Assembly: GCA_000146045.2 (NCBI GenBank)
Contig: BK006941.2
Coordinates: 416,001-480,000, forward strand
Direction: 5' to 3'
Length of the DNA stretch: 64,000 bases
Source: TPA_inf: Saccharomyces
Lineage: Eukaryota
The notes under the pieces are model-generated. The model searched no databases. It was not told the origin of the DNA and saw only the letters and a list, made by a program, of their open reading frames with translations. Below are positions 45,366 through 58,488 of this stretch, piece by piece (within the stretch, counting starts at the first letter, position 1; every line of letters begins with the position of its first letter). A program made the position numbers and the translations under genes.

Positions 45366-45665
45366 GCCTTCAACACACTATTCTAATAACAATCCTAATG
45401 TATAACATTTTTTAGCATTCAAACATTCTCACCATCGCGCTGAGATAATTTTATATAGTTGATGGAATAGTTTTGGAGGTGATTTATCCATTAAATACCT
45501 GATGCTTTTTTGTCTCCTCATCGCGTGAAAAATTTGAGAAAAAGCTCGAACTATTTGTAGCACTTCACTGTATTGCTAACAGTTCTTAAAAACTTCAGAA
45601 CATATAGATATTGCTAAACACAGATTTGAATACCATAGTAACTAGTCTCTTATTCTTAGTTTTTG

Positions 45666-48600
45666 ATGAGCTCCATTCACGAGGTTGTGGCTCTTATTGA
45701 AGAGCTGTACTCTCCTCATCCGAAACATGATGTTAATCAGATTCAACAGAGTTTACAGTCAATCCAGAAATCAGAGCAAGGCTTCCACCTAGCTAATGAG
45801 CTTTTATCTGATGACAAGTACTCTGCGAATGTCAAGTACTTTGGTGCACTGACTTTAACTGTGCAACTAAATACGCGGGGTGAAAACGATTATGAAACCC
45901 TATGGAATGTTTTCAGGTCAAATTTATTGTACTTGACGAAATTCAGTACATTGTACGTTTCCAATCCTAATATGTACGGGCAATCTCTAATCATAATTAA
46001 AAAGTTAATGTCAAACTTGTCATTGATCTTCACTAAAATCAACGATCCGCAGCTTAATAACGCTGGAAATGAAAATATGATTAAGCAATGGAACAATCCC
46101 ATAAATACGTTTATTCAACTTATGTCGGTTCAAAATCAAAACATTAATGCAGACCAACTGTTGCTTGACTCAATCAACTGCTCCTTAACATACGAGCAAC
46201 TGTCTCAATTTGTTAGCCTATCTCAGAAACATAATGAACTGGCATTGACGTTTACAGAAGTTATTGTGGAAGATTTGACGAAGTTCCAAACAAAGAGGCA
46301 TTCAATGTCTCAAATCCACGAAGTAGTCCATGAGCATTTATATATTTCAACTATGGCTTTGATCAACTTGAACTTAACTGCACAAGCTGTCTTCAATCCT
46401 ACCGTATTTGATTGTATTACTGCTTGGATTAATTATATCTCATTAACCAGAAGCGTATCTTCAAGTGGTAGAATGGATTTGTCGGAAATTTTTCAAAACC
46501 TGATTGACTTGATGTATCAGTCTACAGAAGGATCGGACGGTTATGAGAATGCGGAAAAGATCCTAACAATATTTGGTAATGTTTTTGCTAATGATCCATT
46601 ATTAATGAGTTACGATTTGAGACAACAAATCGAGTGTATTTTCTTAGGTGTAGTAAGGCCTGATTCTGGCATAACCGACATATCTAACAAAAATTCTTGG
46701 ATGCTACAATATATGAATTATTTAGTTACCAATGATTTTTTTTCCGAATTGAAGGAATTGGCCATTTGTATTGTGGATTTCTTGCAAATTAACACGTTAA
46801 GTGTTTGTAATAAATTATTTACTAACATTCAAGCAGCTGATAATGGTCAAGTTCAAGATGAATATATTCAGGAATACATCAAAGTCCTTTTGCAAATGAC
46901 CAATTTCCCTTTAACTCCTGTCTTACAAGAGTTCTTTTCTGTTAGAATGGTTGATTTTTGGTTGGATTTATCGGATGCTTACACTAATTTGGCTAGCGAA
47001 ACTTTGAGGCCAAATTCTATTGAGCTGTCTACACAAATTTTTCAGCAGTTGATCAATATTTATTTACCCAAAATTTCTTTGAGTGTGAAACAAAGAATAA
47101 TTGAAGAAGAGGGTGAGAGCACTTCTGTGAACGAATTTGAAGATTTTAGAAACGCTGTCAGTGACCTTGCTCAATCTCTCTGGTCTATTTTGGGAAACGA
47201 TAATTTAACAAATGTGCTAATTGATGGTATGGGCCAAATGCCTGCTGCGAGTGATGAGACTCTCATCATCAAGGATACTGATGTTTTGTTTCGAATTGAA
47301 ACGATGTGTTTTGTTTTGAATACTATATTGGTTGATATGACTCTATCAGAAAGCCCATGGATTAAAAATATCGTTGATGCCAACAAATTCTTCAACCAAA
47401 ATGTCATATCCGTCTTCCAAACTGGTTTCCAAACTAGTGCCAGTACAAAAGTCAGTCAAATTTTGAAACTTGACTTCGTAAGAACAAGTACAACTTTAAT
47501 CGGCACTTTGGCTGGTTATTTTAAACAGGAACCTTTTCAATTAAACCCATACGTGGAAGCTTTATTTCAAGGTTTGCACACTTGCACCAATTTTACTAGT
47601 AAAAACGAACAAGAAAAAATTTCGAACGATAAACTTGAAGTTATGGTTATCAAGACTGTTTCAACATTATGTGAGACATGCCGTGAGGAGTTGACTCCAT
47701 ATTTGATGCATTTTATAAGCTTTTTAAACACAGTCATTATGCCAGACTCCAATGTTTCACATTTCACTAGAACTAAATTGGTTAGATCTATAGGTTATGT
47801 CGTTCAATGTCAAGTCTCCAACGGTCCAGAGGAGCAAGCTAAATATATTTTACAATTGACGAACCTATTGAGCGGCTCAATAGAGCATTGTTTGGCTTCA
47901 TCGGTACAGTTACAAGAACAACAAGATTATATTAATTGTCTATTATACTGTATATCTGAGCTAGCAACAAGTTTGATCCAACCTACTGAAATCATCGAAA
48001 ATGATGCATTACTACAAAGGTTATCTGAGTTTCAAAGTTTCTGGTCCAGCGATCCCTTACAAATCCGATCGAAAATTATGTGCACCATTGATAAGGTCTT
48101 GGATAATTCAATATATTGTAAAAACTCCGCCTTTGTGGAGATCGGTTGTTTGATTGTTGGTAAAGGATTAAATCTGCCCGACGGGGAACCGTACTTCCTC
48201 AAGTACAATATGTCTGAAGTTATGAATTTTGTTTTGCGGCATGTCCCCAACTGTGAGCTTGCTACTTGCTTGCCTTATTTTGTTTATTTATTAGAAAAGC
48301 TTATTTCAGAGTTCAGGAAGGAACTAACACCACAAGAATTTGATTTCATGTTTGAAAAGATCCTTCTAGTCTATTATGATGCATATATTATCAATGATCC
48401 GGACCTTTTACAAATGACAATAGGTTTTGTTAATAACGTTTTGGACGTGAAGCCAGGCTTAGCTATTGGCAGTAAACATTGGACATCATTTATTTTACCT
48501 CAATTTTTAAAATTAATACCTTCAAGAGAAAAGTTCACAATTGTTGCGGTGGCAAAATTTTGGACTAAGTTGATCAATAATAAGAAATACAACCAAGAAG

Positions 48601-48911
48601 AACTCACAACTGTTAGGCAACAAGTTTCCTCTATAGGAGGAGACCTTGTGTACCAAATTATGTATGGCTTATTCCACACACAAAGGTCCGATCTGAATAG
48701 TTACACAGATCTGCTAAGAGCTTTGGTAGCCAAGTTTCCAATTGAAGCAAGAGAGTGGCTCGTTGCTGTTTTGCCCCAAATATGTAACAATCCTGCAGGT
48801 CATGAAAAATTTATTAATAAATTACTTATTACGAGAGGAAGCAGAGCAGCTGGAAATGTTATTTTGCAGTGGTGGTTGGATTGTACCACACTTCCAAATT
48901 ACCAAGGATGA
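45666..48911 (+). CDS. KAP122: Importin-beta family karyopherin
   Basis: 1081 aa from ATG at 45666 ([15 protein letters not shown]...). HEAT-repeat protein. The track ORF starts one codon upstream at TTG. Confidence 0.9.
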
Positions 48912-49042
48912 TTTGTTAAGAATTTCTCCGCTGAGGGTGAAGGCTATTCTTTGTTACATTTTATTTAGTAATGCGTTGATCCTTTTTGATAGATTTTTTT
49001 TTTGTGCTTTAAAGATAGTAGCAGTATATATGTGTGTAAAAG

Positions 49043-49435
49043 CTAATCATCAGAAGTGCAGCATTCATTGCTAGTATTTAGTGATAAAAATTTTAGAATT
49101 TCCATTTCTAATTGTAATTGCTTTTCATTCCAATACATGTTTGAGCTTCTGGGGGGTAAAAATACATTTCCAGACAGGGCGTCAGGTTGAAAGCAGTTAC
49201 TGAAACATAGAGAGTCGACGTCAGGAGGAGGCTTCAAATGGTTTTCTGAAAGTGATTCGGTCTTATTTTTCCATTTTCTAAAATGGTGAATCCTTTCTCT
49301 GGAAATGTGTGATCCCTTTGCCTTTTGTGAAAACTTTTTTAACGAGCTTTTTAGGTTATTAGTTGTCTCAAGAAGGTTTATGGGCCCGCTGGTCTCGATA
49401 TCTGCGTAATTTAATGGACGTATCGTGTCTTCCAT
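49043..49435 (-). CDS. small uncharacterized protein (systematic YGL015C)
   Basis: Track ORF is 142 aa (49043-49471). An internal ATG at 49433-49435 gives a 130-aa product, which I believe is the annotated length. Start choice is uncertain. Confidence 0.55.
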   Translation of the reverse strand: MEDTIRPLNYADIETSGPINLLETTNNLKSSLKKFSQKAKGSHISRERIHHFRKWKNKTESLSENHLKPPPDVDSLCFSNCFQPDALSGNVFLPPRSSNMYWNEKQLQLEMEILKFLSLNTSNECCTSDD

Positions 49436-50140
49436 GGAGTGAATTGTGATTTGTGAATTATATCTGTCCAATACCGTTGCCTTGTTGGGAGCTCAGATAG
49501 AAAAGACATCTTAATTCCAGACAGTCTATTCTCTGTCTATTTCTCTTTGTGACTGCAAATTTTAATTTGTGACGCCTTTTCTTATTACTCATGTATTTGT
49601 CACTCTTGACGATTGTTTTTTTTCTATATTTTTTTTGTTCTGGGGTCCTCCAGAGAATAAAAAATAATGATCAATATAGTAGATAGTATAGTTATATTCT
49701 TATTCGTTGCACCTTGTTTAACAAATCACTCAGACTCAAAGAGAATATCGGTTGGTTATCTCTCTCCGAAGGTGAACAGCAAACAGTACCTCACGTCTTT
49801 TTTTTGAATAGTTTTTTTTTTTGTTGAAACAGAAAAAAAACTTTCTTCCGTATATTACATTGTACATTATTTTTATTGTATTTTAGTTTCCAACGTTAGG
49901 ATTTGAGCCGTCATTAATATTATTCGTTTTTGTACACTATTCCAGACGATTTATTTTTAGTACACTTAAAATTCCTGTTGATATTGTCCACTAGTTCTCT
50001 TTTCATATTTTATTTTCGCTTATTCTTTAGGTTCTTTTAAGAGTCTCTGTTCATTTTCCGTTCTTACTGTTTCTTTGTCCTCGATATCTTTTAAGAAAGA
50101 GAGAACTAAGCGCTGTAACATTTTTAAGTGGACCTACGTT

Positions 50141-52807
50141 ATGTCTACAAAAGGTTTGAAAGAAGAAATCGATGATGTACCATCAGTAGACCCTGTCGTT
50201 TCAGAAACAGTCAATTCTGCTTTAGAGCAGTTGCAACTAGATGATCCAGAGGAAAACGCCACCTCTAATGCATTTGCGAATAAAGTTTCTCAAGATTCTC
50301 AATTCGCTAATGGCCCTCCGTCGCAAATGTTTCCACATCCACAAATGATGGGTGGAATGGGCTTCATGCCCTACTCTCAAATGATGCAGGTTCCTCATAA
50401 TCCTTGTCCATTTTTTCCGCCCCCTGATTTTAATGATCCAACAGCACCATTGAGTAGCTCGCCCTTGAATGCAGGCGGTCCACCAATGTTATTCAAGAAT
50501 GACTCACTTCCATTTCAAATGCTGTCTTCGGGTGCTGCGGTAGCAACTCAAGGTGGACAAAATCTAAACCCATTGATAAATGACAATTCAATGAAGGTAT
50601 TGCCAATCGCATCGGCTGATCCGTTATGGACTCATTCAAACGTACCAGGATCAGCATCTGTAGCCATTGAAGAAACCACCGCTACTCTACAAGAAAGCCT
50701 ACCATCTAAGGGCAGGGAGTCTAATAATAAGGCTAGTTCGTTCAGAAGACAAACTTTTCATGCTTTATCACCAACTGACCTTATCAATGCGGCCAACAAT
50801 GTAACCTTGTCAAAGGACTTCCAATCTGACATGCAGAATTTTTCTAAGGCTAAGAAACCGTCTGTAGGAGCTAACAATACTGCAAAAACCAGAACTCAAT
50901 CCATATCTTTTGATAATACTCCCTCCTCAACGTCATTTATACCCCCAACCAATAGTGTTTCTGAGAAATTATCCGATTTCAAAATAGAAACCTCGAAGGA
51001 GGATTTGATTAATAAAACTGCACCAGCTAAAAAAGAGAGTCCTACAACTTATGGTGCAGCATATCCATATGGGGGACCTTTACTTCAACCAAATCCTATT
51101 ATGCCAGGCCACCCACATAATATATCCTCCCCTATCTATGGTATTAGATCACCTTTTCCTAATTCTTATGAAATGGGCGCGCAATTTCAACCTTTCTCTC
51201 CGATTTTAAATCCTACGAGTCATTCACTAAATGCAAATTCTCCAATTCCTCTAACCCAATCGCCAATTCATCTTGCACCAGTTTTAAACCCTAGTTCAAA
51301 TTCTGTTGCCTTTTCAGATATGAAGAATGATGGTGGTAAGCCCACCACCGATAACGACAAGGCGGGTCCAAATGTTAGGATGGATTTAATAAATCCTAAT
51401 CTTGGGCCATCAATGCAACCTTTCCACATATTACCTCCCCAGCAAAACACCCCCCCTCCTCCCTGGCTTTATAGCACTCCACCTCCCTTCAACGCAATGG
51501 TTCCGCCTCATTTGTTGGCTCAAAATCATATGCCGTTAATGAATAGCGCCAATAATAAACATCATGGTCGTAATAACAATAGCATGTCAAGTCATAATGA
51601 CAATGACAACATTGGTAATTCTAATTACAACAATAAAGACACAGGTCGTTCTAACGTTGGTAAAATGAAAAATATGAAAAACAGTTATCATGGCTACTAT
51701 AATAACAATAATAATAATAATAATAATAACAATAATAATAATAACAGTAATGCTACCAACAGCAACAGCGCGGAAAAACAACGTAAAATTGAGGAGTCGT
51801 CGAGATTTGCGGACGCAGTTTTAGACCAATATATCGGAAGTATTCACTCATTGTGTAAAGACCAACATGGTTGTCGTTTTCTGCAAAAGCAGTTGGATAT
51901 TCTCGGCAGTAAGGCGGCGGACGCAATTTTTGAAGAAACTAAGGATTATACGGTTGAATTGATGACTGATTCATTCGGTAATTATTTGATCCAGAAGCTA
52001 TTGGAAGAGGTTACCACAGAACAAAGAATCGTACTCACAAAAATATCTTCCCCTCATTTTGTCGAAATTTCCTTAAACCCTCATGGTACTAGGGCATTAC
52101 AAAAACTCATTGAATGCATCAAAACAGATGAAGAAGCACAGATTGTTGTTGATTCTTTACGCCCTTATACTGTCCAGTTGAGTAAGGATTTAAATGGTAA
52201 TCATGTTATTCAAAAATGTTTGCAAAGGTTGAAGCCTGAAAACTTCCAGTTTATCTTTGACGCAATCTCTGATAGCTGTATTGATATTGCTACTCATAGA
52301 CACGGGTGTTGCGTTTTGCAACGTTGTCTAGATCATGGGACTACAGAACAATGTGACAATCTGTGTGATAAGTTGCTAGCCCTTGTTGATAAATTAACTT
52401 TGGATCCATTTGGCAACTATGTGGTGCAATATATAATTACCAAAGAGGCTGAGAAGAACAAATATGATTATACGCATAAAATTGTCCACCTGTTGAAACC
52501 AAGAGCCATCGAACTTTCTATCCATAAATTTGGATCAAATGTGATTGAAAAAATCTTGAAGACAGCTATTGTTTCGGAGCCAATGATTCTGGAAATTTTA
52601 AATAATGGTGGCGAGACGGGTATTCAATCATTGTTGAATGATAGCTACGGAAATTACGTTTTACAGACAGCATTAGACATTTCTCATAAGCAAAATGACT
52701 ATCTCTATAAAAGACTATCAGAGATTGTGGCGCCTTTACTGGTGGGCCCCATAAGAAATACACCTCATGGTAAAAGAATCATCGGAATGTTACATTTAGA
52801 TTCATAG
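50141..52807 (+). CDS. PUF4: Pumilio-family RNA-binding protein
   Basis: 888 aa from ATG at 50141 (MSTKGLKEEIDD...). Eight PUF repeats (FGNYLIQK, NGNHVIQK, FGNYVVQY, YGNYVLQT). Poly-Asn tract. Confidence 0.92.
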   Translation: MSTKGLKEEIDDVPSVDPVVSETVNSALEQLQLDDPEENATSNAFANKVSQDSQFANGPPSQMFPHPQMMGGMGFMPYSQMMQVPHNPCPFFPPPDFNDPTAPLSSSPLNAGGPPMLFKNDSLPFQMLSSGAAVATQGGQNLNPLINDNSMKVLPIASADPLWTHSNVPGSASVAIEETTATLQESLPSKGRESNNKASSFRRQTFHALSPTDLINAANNVTLSKDFQSDMQNFSKAKKPSVGANNTAKTRTQSISFDNTPSSTSFIPPTNSVSEKLSDFKIETSKEDLINKTAPAKKESPTTYGAAYPYGGPLLQPNPIMPGHPHNISSPIYGIRSPFPNSYEMGAQFQPFSPILNPTSHSLNANSPIPLTQSPIHLAPVLNPSSNSVAFSDMKNDGGKPTTDNDKAGPNVRMDLINPNLGPSMQPFHILPPQQNTPPPPWLYSTPPPFNAMVPPHLLAQNHMPLMNSANNKHHGRNNNSMSSHNDNDNIGNSNYNNKDTGRSNVGKMKNMKNSYHGYYNNNNNNNNNNNNNNNSNATNSNSAEKQRKIEESSRFADAVLDQYIGSIHSLCKDQHGCRFLQKQLDILGSKAADAIFEETKDYTVELMTDSFGNYLIQKLLEEVTTEQRIVLTKISSPHFVEISLNPHGTRALQKLIECIKTDEEAQIVVDSLRPYTVQLSKDLNGNHVIQKCLQRLKPENFQFIFDAISDSCIDIATHRHGCCVLQRCLDHGTTEQCDNLCDKLLALVDKLTLDPFGNYVVQYIITKEAEKNKYDYTHKIVHLLKPRAIELSIHKFGSNVIEKILKTAIVSEPMILEILNNGGETGIQSLLNDSYGNYVLQTALDISHKQNDYLYKRLSEIVAPLLVGPIRNTPHGKRIIGMLHLDS
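51701..51746. repeat. (AAT)n tract encoding poly-Asn in PUF4
   Basis: AATAACAATAATAATAATAATAATAACAATAATAATAATAAC, giving N17 in the protein. Confidence 0.9.
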
Positions 52808-53091
52808 TTGATACATATATCCTCAGTTTAGCTTTTTTTACGTTAGCCTCATATAATATCTTTTGTACAATACTAAAATACATCATTTTTTTTTTCGTTG
52901 AGGATCAAATGAATATCCAAAGCAAAAAAAATAGGAATTTTCACTTTATGGTATACTGGTAAATAGTGTTGAAGAAATAAGAGAAGGAGATGCCCTAGAA
53001 AACAGAATGTTCTTATTTAAATAAGTAAACTCAAAAGAAAAAAAAAAGGAAGGAAGTTTTTGAGAACTTTTATCTATACAAACGTATACGT

Positions 53092-56000
53092 TTAACTATC
53101 TGGATAAACGTCGCTCCACAGGATACTGTAGAGGTCCTCAAGATCACCGTTATTAACAAATTCATCTAGTGTCCCCAAATTAAAACTAGTTGCAGAAAAA
53201 TTGTTACTGTTGTTGTTGTTAATATTGTTAATATTGTTTTTATTGTTGTTGTTGTTGTTGTTGTTGTTATTGATTTCATTTGTGTTCATAAATGGTACTT
53301 GTACTGAAGTGGGTATTTGCTGCTGAGCATTGATTGGTTTATTAGATTGGACTTGCGTATTATTTTGCCCATTTGTTGGTTGCGCGTAATCGGGATTGAT
53401 CATATCAGACACGGATAATGACCTAAATGAAGGCAATTGTGCAAACTCCGGTAGTGAGTTGTTTCTCACTGGGGAAGGTGCTGAGCGACCATTGAATGGC
53501 AATTGAGGCGATTCAATGCCATTTAGTAAGCATGAAGTGCCCGTCTTAAGACTTGGGAGATCCGGATTCAAATTTTTTCCCGAATTATGCTTCATCTGCT
53601 TATTATCTTCATTTGACATTAGTGGTTCCTGAAACTTTCTATTTTTCAACATTTGTGAGACCGTTAAATGGAATCCTGACTTCTGAACAGGTTCTAATAA
53701 AAATCGATAAGCGCAAGAGTTTGTATCCAAGACAAGTTCTATTATACCTTTTAAATCTGGCGCATTCTCATCAATATATTTGGAGATAACATCGAGGTTG
53801 GTGCTAGAGGACTCTCCGTATGCCAAAAGCATGATACGAGTGACGATTGTCAGGAAAGAAAAAGCTCTTGTATAGTCTTTAAAGCTTTGGCTGTTGAAGA
53901 CATGCTCATTGGTCTCATTTTCGGAAAAAATTTTTATATCCAAAAATCTTTTGAAGACTCTAATCATATTCACAACGTCATTTACTTTAATGAATTCGGC
54001 CACTGAGAATGCTTGTGATACCAAAATAATGCAACTGATAGAATAATGGGCGAACGAACGGTATACGGAATAATCGTTGTCAAAGTCTAATAAGATTTTG
54101 TTCATATCGGTCCATGATTTGTAAATCTTGTGAAGGTATATTTTCAAGTTTTCAATTAGTATTGAGGGCCTTCTGTGCACGCATAATCTGGCGACAATAT
54201 TATCAGATTCGTTAACCATTCTGCAGAAATGGTGCTCGTAAAATAGAACAAATTTTGAAGCCATAATCTTATCCTCTCTTGAAACTTTGAGTTCAGTACT
54301 ATCTTTAGAGAATGCAATATCGAACAATTTTCCAGTTTGCTCTTTGATAGCATCATATTTCATTTCTGTTTCGTTAAAAATCTCGAGTACCTCGAAGAGT
54401 AGTTTCTCTCTAACAACAGATGGTTTTGATGTATTCCTAATTGACGTGAATTTTTCATTGAATAAAACAGATGATGAGAAATGGCTGACTATTTGTAAGA
54501 CAGCTAATTCGCCATAGTATTTTAAGTCGGATATGCACATGTTGTCAAAAGCTTCGCTCCTGCGAACTAAGTGGACGTTCTCGATAAAATCTCTATTATC
54601 CAAGAACCCAACATCTCGAAAATTCTTAGGTAATAAACAATTGATTTTGGAGTCATCAATGTTCGAAGGATAGCCAAGTTTAGAGGCTAAAGTTTTCTCG
54701 AAATAGAAAGCTTTCCACCAGAGATTTCTTCTTCTTTCAGCAAAGTTTTCATCAAGACCCACGTAAAATTCCCACCTTGATAAACCAACTCTTGAAACAA
54801 AATGAACTGCTACGTTCAAGACTTTTTCAAAACCGTATATTTCCGATAGCCAAAATAGCAGATCCAAAAAGTATAGAAGTTGCTCTAAATGCGTTATGTC
54901 GCATGTGAAGTCCACGTAGTTGTATAATGTAGAATTATAATAGCTGTAACATAAGGCGATTAGCGCCTCTCCAGCTTGACAATAATGGATGAATTCCTGC
55001 AAGACATCAATTGACTGCGTGTTTTTAGCCACGGAGGGGTTAGATGTGATTTCCATTAGGAAGTTCTGGTAGGAATTTTTATGCATATCCAACATCTTCA
55101 ATAAAATGCCAAACATGCTGATATCATTATTCATTTCGCTTAGTAGCTCAGAATTACTTATTCCGGTTATATTTCTCACAAAGGGCTGCGGTAAGTGATT
55201 TATCACTAACGCAACATGCGATTTTGTGTGTGCTGTATTCGGGCTCCCTGCAGATGATATCGAAGATGGGGTTGAAGGTAAAAGATTCATTTTCTGTAGG
55301 TAGTTTTCCAGGGGATTAGCTATGGAGACACAGCCTTGGTTGATGTGATGAAAACAAACGTCGAAAAACCTTAACATGATGTATATGGTTTCCTTGGCGG
55401 TCCTGGGAAAAATCTCGCATTTGGATTTGGATCTATAATTTTGGAAACATTTACCAATACCTTGAAGTGACAAAAATTGGAAAGGAGAGTACAAACCAAA
55501 GATTTCGTCGATCAAAGGTTGACTAGAAGTATCTTGGTCCTTCTTATTGTTTGACCAAGCGGCATATCTTGTCAAATGTACCACATCACAGTATTTGTTT
55601 TTCATCAATTGAGTTTCTATTGATTTATTAGGGTAAAATTTCGTTGTTGCTAATTCTTTGGTCCTCACTTTGGGTTCCCATCGCTTAAGCAAGTCACTTA
55701 TCTGAAGTTCAATGCTCTCGATGGCTGAGGTTACATGTGTACCTAAATGAGCCATCTCCTTCAAATTTTTCAGAGTGGTTTGTAGAGATGTCAAAGTTGC
55801 CTGTGATTCGCTATCGTCTTCATAAAAACCGTTTCTATTCACATCGTCGTCATTCTTCCCATCACTTCCGCTATTATCACCACTACTACGACCACCTAGC
55901 TTGAAATTCTCAAAAAATTTCGTTGGTTGTTCCACTGCGCATGGCCCGTCTGTACATCGCTGAGGATTAGAAAAAGAAGTCGAACTGGAATCTGTTTCCT

Positions 56001-56298
56001 CTTTGACTTGTACGGTTGTACCTTCCAAACTCGTCTTGTGAAGGTTTTTTATTCGAGCGCCACCTTGTCTAGTGCTGAACGTGCACTCACATGAATATAT
56101 CTCACAGCTTGCGCAGGGAAACTTCCCATTACATTTTATCTTTCTTTTTCTACAGTTATCGCACGCTTTACTTACTTTCGACCTTGGCTTACGAATCTTG
56201 CCGCTGAAACCTGTAGAAAAGTTGCTGGAGTCCGCGGACGATTCTGTATCCGGACCCGTCTCAATATGTACACCGTTCTTAGGTGTCAAGCCTCGCAT
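53092..56298 (-). CDS. PDR1: Zn2Cys6 transcription factor, master regulator of pleiotropic drug resistance
   Basis: 1068 aa from ATG at 56296-56298 (MRGLTPKNG...). Zn2Cys6 cluster KACDNCRKRKIKCNGKFPCASC. The track ORF starts at an upstream TTG. Confidence 0.92.
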   Translation of the reverse strand: MRGLTPKNGVHIETGPDTESSADSSNFSTGFSGKIRKPRSKVSKACDNCRKRKIKCNGKFPCASCEIYSCECTFSTRQGGARIKNLHKTSLEGTTVQVKEETDSSSTSFSNPQRCTDGPCAVEQPTKFFENFKLGGRSSGDNSGSDGKNDDDVNRNGFYEDDSESQATLTSLQTTLKNLKEMAHLGTHVTSAIESIELQISDLLKRWEPKVRTKELATTKFYPNKSIETQLMKNKYCDVVHLTRYAAWSNNKKDQDTSSQPLIDEIFGLYSPFQFLSLQGIGKCFQNYRSKSKCEIFPRTAKETIYIMLRFFDVCFHHINQGCVSIANPLENYLQKMNLLPSTPSSISSAGSPNTAHTKSHVALVINHLPQPFVRNITGISNSELLSEMNNDISMFGILLKMLDMHKNSYQNFLMEITSNPSVAKNTQSIDVLQEFIHYCQAGEALIALCYSYYNSTLYNYVDFTCDITHLEQLLYFLDLLFWLSEIYGFEKVLNVAVHFVSRVGLSRWEFYVGLDENFAERRRNLWWKAFYFEKTLASKLGYPSNIDDSKINCLLPKNFRDVGFLDNRDFIENVHLVRRSEAFDNMCISDLKYYGELAVLQIVSHFSSSVLFNEKFTSIRNTSKPSVVREKLLFEVLEIFNETEMKYDAIKEQTGKLFDIAFSKDSTELKVSREDKIMASKFVLFYEHHFCRMVNESDNIVARLCVHRRPSILIENLKIYLHKIYKSWTDMNKILLDFDNDYSVYRSFAHYSISCIILVSQAFSVAEFIKVNDVVNMIRVFKRFLDIKIFSENETNEHVFNSQSFKDYTRAFSFLTIVTRIMLLAYGESSSTNLDVISKYIDENAPDLKGIIELVLDTNSCAYRFLLEPVQKSGFHLTVSQMLKNRKFQEPLMSNEDNKQMKHNSGKNLNPDLPSLKTGTSCLLNGIESPQLPFNGRSAPSPVRNNSLPEFAQLPSFRSLSVSDMINPDYAQPTNGQNNTQVQSNKPINAQQQIPTSVQVPFMNTNEINNNNNNNNNNKNNINNINNNNSNNFSATSFNLGTLDEFVNNGDLEDLYSILWSDVYPDS
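53199..53272. repeat. (GTT)n / (AAC)n tract encoding poly-Asn near the PDR1 C-terminus
   Basis: TGTTGTTGTTGTT...GTTGTTGTTGTTGTTGTTGTTGTTATTG on the plus strand. Confidence 0.9.
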
Positions 56299-56854
56299 CT
56301 TCCAGTTTCTTGGATTCTTTTCTGTATATTCTTGGCTGAGATGAATAGTTAGCAAGTGATGTGCAAATTGTCTTTTTTTAGCCAAAACTCACTCCTGGTA
56401 ATGTCTATATGGCCGCTATGGTCCTGCTATCATGCTATTGTTGACAATGAAAGAGTGGCTGATCATGTGTAATAGGCGAATAAGGTTGTTTTGAAGAGCT
56501 TTAATTAGCGCCTCTTATTGCCACTCATTAGGTCTTGAACAAGAAAAGAAACTCCATTTAGGGTATGCGTCTGTTTCCAACAAAGCCCTATTGGACCCTG
56601 AGAATGTAAATCAGGGCTCGTTTCTTCTCGTTTAATAACTAAACGAGACTCATTTCTTTTTCGTTCCTTGGCGCTATTTTCGTGCATCCCGTAATTGCCG
56701 GTATTACGCGATCGTTTGGCGTTACTATGGAAAAGCAGAATTATATATCCTCGAGGAAAAATTACCAAACAGTGGTAATAACGTAGGAATGTAGTTCAGT
56801 TATGTAGATAGGCAGATACGGATATTTACGTAGTGTACATAGATTAGCATCGCT

Positions 56855-58276
56855 ATGGCAAAGGATAATAGTGAGAAGCTGCAGGTGCAGGGAGAGGAGA
56901 AAAAGTCCAAGCAACCGGTTAATTTCCTGCCTCAGGGTAAATGGCTGAAGCCAAATGAAATCGAATATGAGTTTGGTGGGACTACTGGTGTTATTGGTAT
57001 GCTGATCGGGTTTCCACTGCTAATGTACTATATGTGGATTTGTGCGGAATTTTATCACGGTAAGGTTGCCCTACCCAAGGCTGGTGAATCGTGGATGCAC
57101 TTTATCAAGCACCTATACCAGTTAGTCTTGGAGAACGGTATCCCAGAAAAGTATGACTGGACTATTTTCTTAACATTTTGGGTGTTTCAGATCATTTTCT
57201 ACTATACGTTGCCCGGGATTTGGACAAAAGGTCAACCATTGTCTCATTTGAAGGGAAAACAATTGCCTTACTTTTGTAATGCCATGTGGACCTTGTATGT
57301 AACTACCACTTTGGTCTTGGTTTTGCACTTTACCAATCTTTTTAGATTGTATGTCATTATTGACCGTTTTGGGAGGATCATGACATGTGCCATTATTTCA
57401 GGGTTTGCCTTCTCCATCATATTGTACTTATGGACTTTATTTATCTCACATGACTATCATAGAATGACAGGAAACCATCTATATGATTTCTTCATGGGAG
57501 CTCCACTAAACCCTAGGTGGGGGATTTTGGACTTGAAGATGTTTTTCGAGGTTAGATTACCTTGGTTCACCCTTTACTTTATCACTTTGGGTGCCTGTTT
57601 GAAGCAGTGGGAGACTTACGGCTATGTGACACCACAATTGGGGGTTGTCATGTTAGCTCATTGGTTGTACGCGAACGCATGTGCTAAAGGTGAAGAATTG
57701 ATTGTTCCAACCTGGGACATGGCTTACGAAAAGTTTGGATTTATGCTGATCTTCTGGAATATTGCCGGTGTCCCATACACTTACTGTCATTGTACGTTGT
57801 ATTTGTACTACCATGACCCATCTGAATATCACTGGTCTACACTGTACAATGTTTCGCTGTACGTTGTTCTATTATGCGCCTACTACTTCTTTGACACGGC
57901 AAATGCTCAGAAAAATGCCTTCAGAAAGCAAATGTCTGGTGACAAGACAGGTAGGAAGACTTTCCCATTTTTGCCATACCAAATTTTGAAGAATCCAAAG
58001 TATATGGTTACCTCCAATGGATCGTACCTATTGATTGATGGTTGGTACACTTTGGCTAGAAAAATTCACTACACTGCCGATTGGACTCAATCTCTCGTTT
58101 GGGCCTTGTCTTGCGGGTTCAACTCGGTGTTCCCATGGTTTTTCCCAGTATTCTTCCTTGTTGTCCTGATTCACAGAGCCTTCAGAGACCAAGCAAAATG
58201 TAAGAGAAAGTACGGAAAAGATTGGGATGAGTATTGTAAACATTGCCCTTACGTCTTTATTCCTTATGTTTTCTAG
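56855..58276 (+). CDS. ERG4: Sterol C-24(28) reductase (ERG4/ERG24 family)
   Basis: 473-aa multi-TM ORF. C-terminal family signature ...[19 protein letters not shown]... Confidence 0.93.
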   Translation: MAKDNSEKLQVQGEEKKSKQPVNFLPQGKWLKPNEIEYEFGGTTGVIGMLIGFPLLMYYMWICAEFYHGKVALPKAGESWMHFIKHLYQLVLENGIPEKYDWTIFLTFWVFQIIFYYTLPGIWTKGQPLSHLKGKQLPYFCNAMWTLYVTTTLVLVLHFTNLFRLYVIIDRFGRIMTCAIISGFAFSIILYLWTLFISHDYHRMTGNHLYDFFMGAPLNPRWGILDLKMFFEVRLPWFTLYFITLGACLKQWETYGYVTPQLGVVMLAHWLYANACAKGEELIVPTWDMAYEKFGFMLIFWNIAGVPYTYCHCTLYLYYHDPSEYHWSTLYNVSLYVVLLCAYYFFDTANAQKNAFRKQMSGDKTGRKTFPFLPYQILKNPKYMVTSNGSYLLIDGWYTLARKIHYTADWTQSLVWALSCGFNSVFPWFFPVFFLVVLIHRAFRDQAKCKRKYGKDWDEYCKHCPYVFIPYVF

Positions 58277-58488
58277 TTATTTTCTTTTTCTATCCACTTC
58301 ATTAACTTATTTTACAGTTTGTATATAAAAGTATTGATGTATTTACGCGACAAAAGGGCTTGAAAAGATTCGATTTTCTATTACTTGATCTACTTTTTCC
58401 TATAAAATAAATCCTAAATGAAACGTGTCCATACATATATTGAGTGTTGACGCGTGTGATTTCACATTATGTTGTGGCAGGAAGTATG

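Noticed and set aside
45663-45665. Track ORF start codons at TTG/GTG (KAP122 45663, YGL039W ORF 7946, GET1 41888, CWH41 30173, PDR1 56385, PUF4 50075, HOP2 middle exon 19773)
   Set aside because: These are non-ATG codons rendered as M by the ORF caller. The true starts were taken as the first in-frame ATG, which reproduces the known protein lengths.
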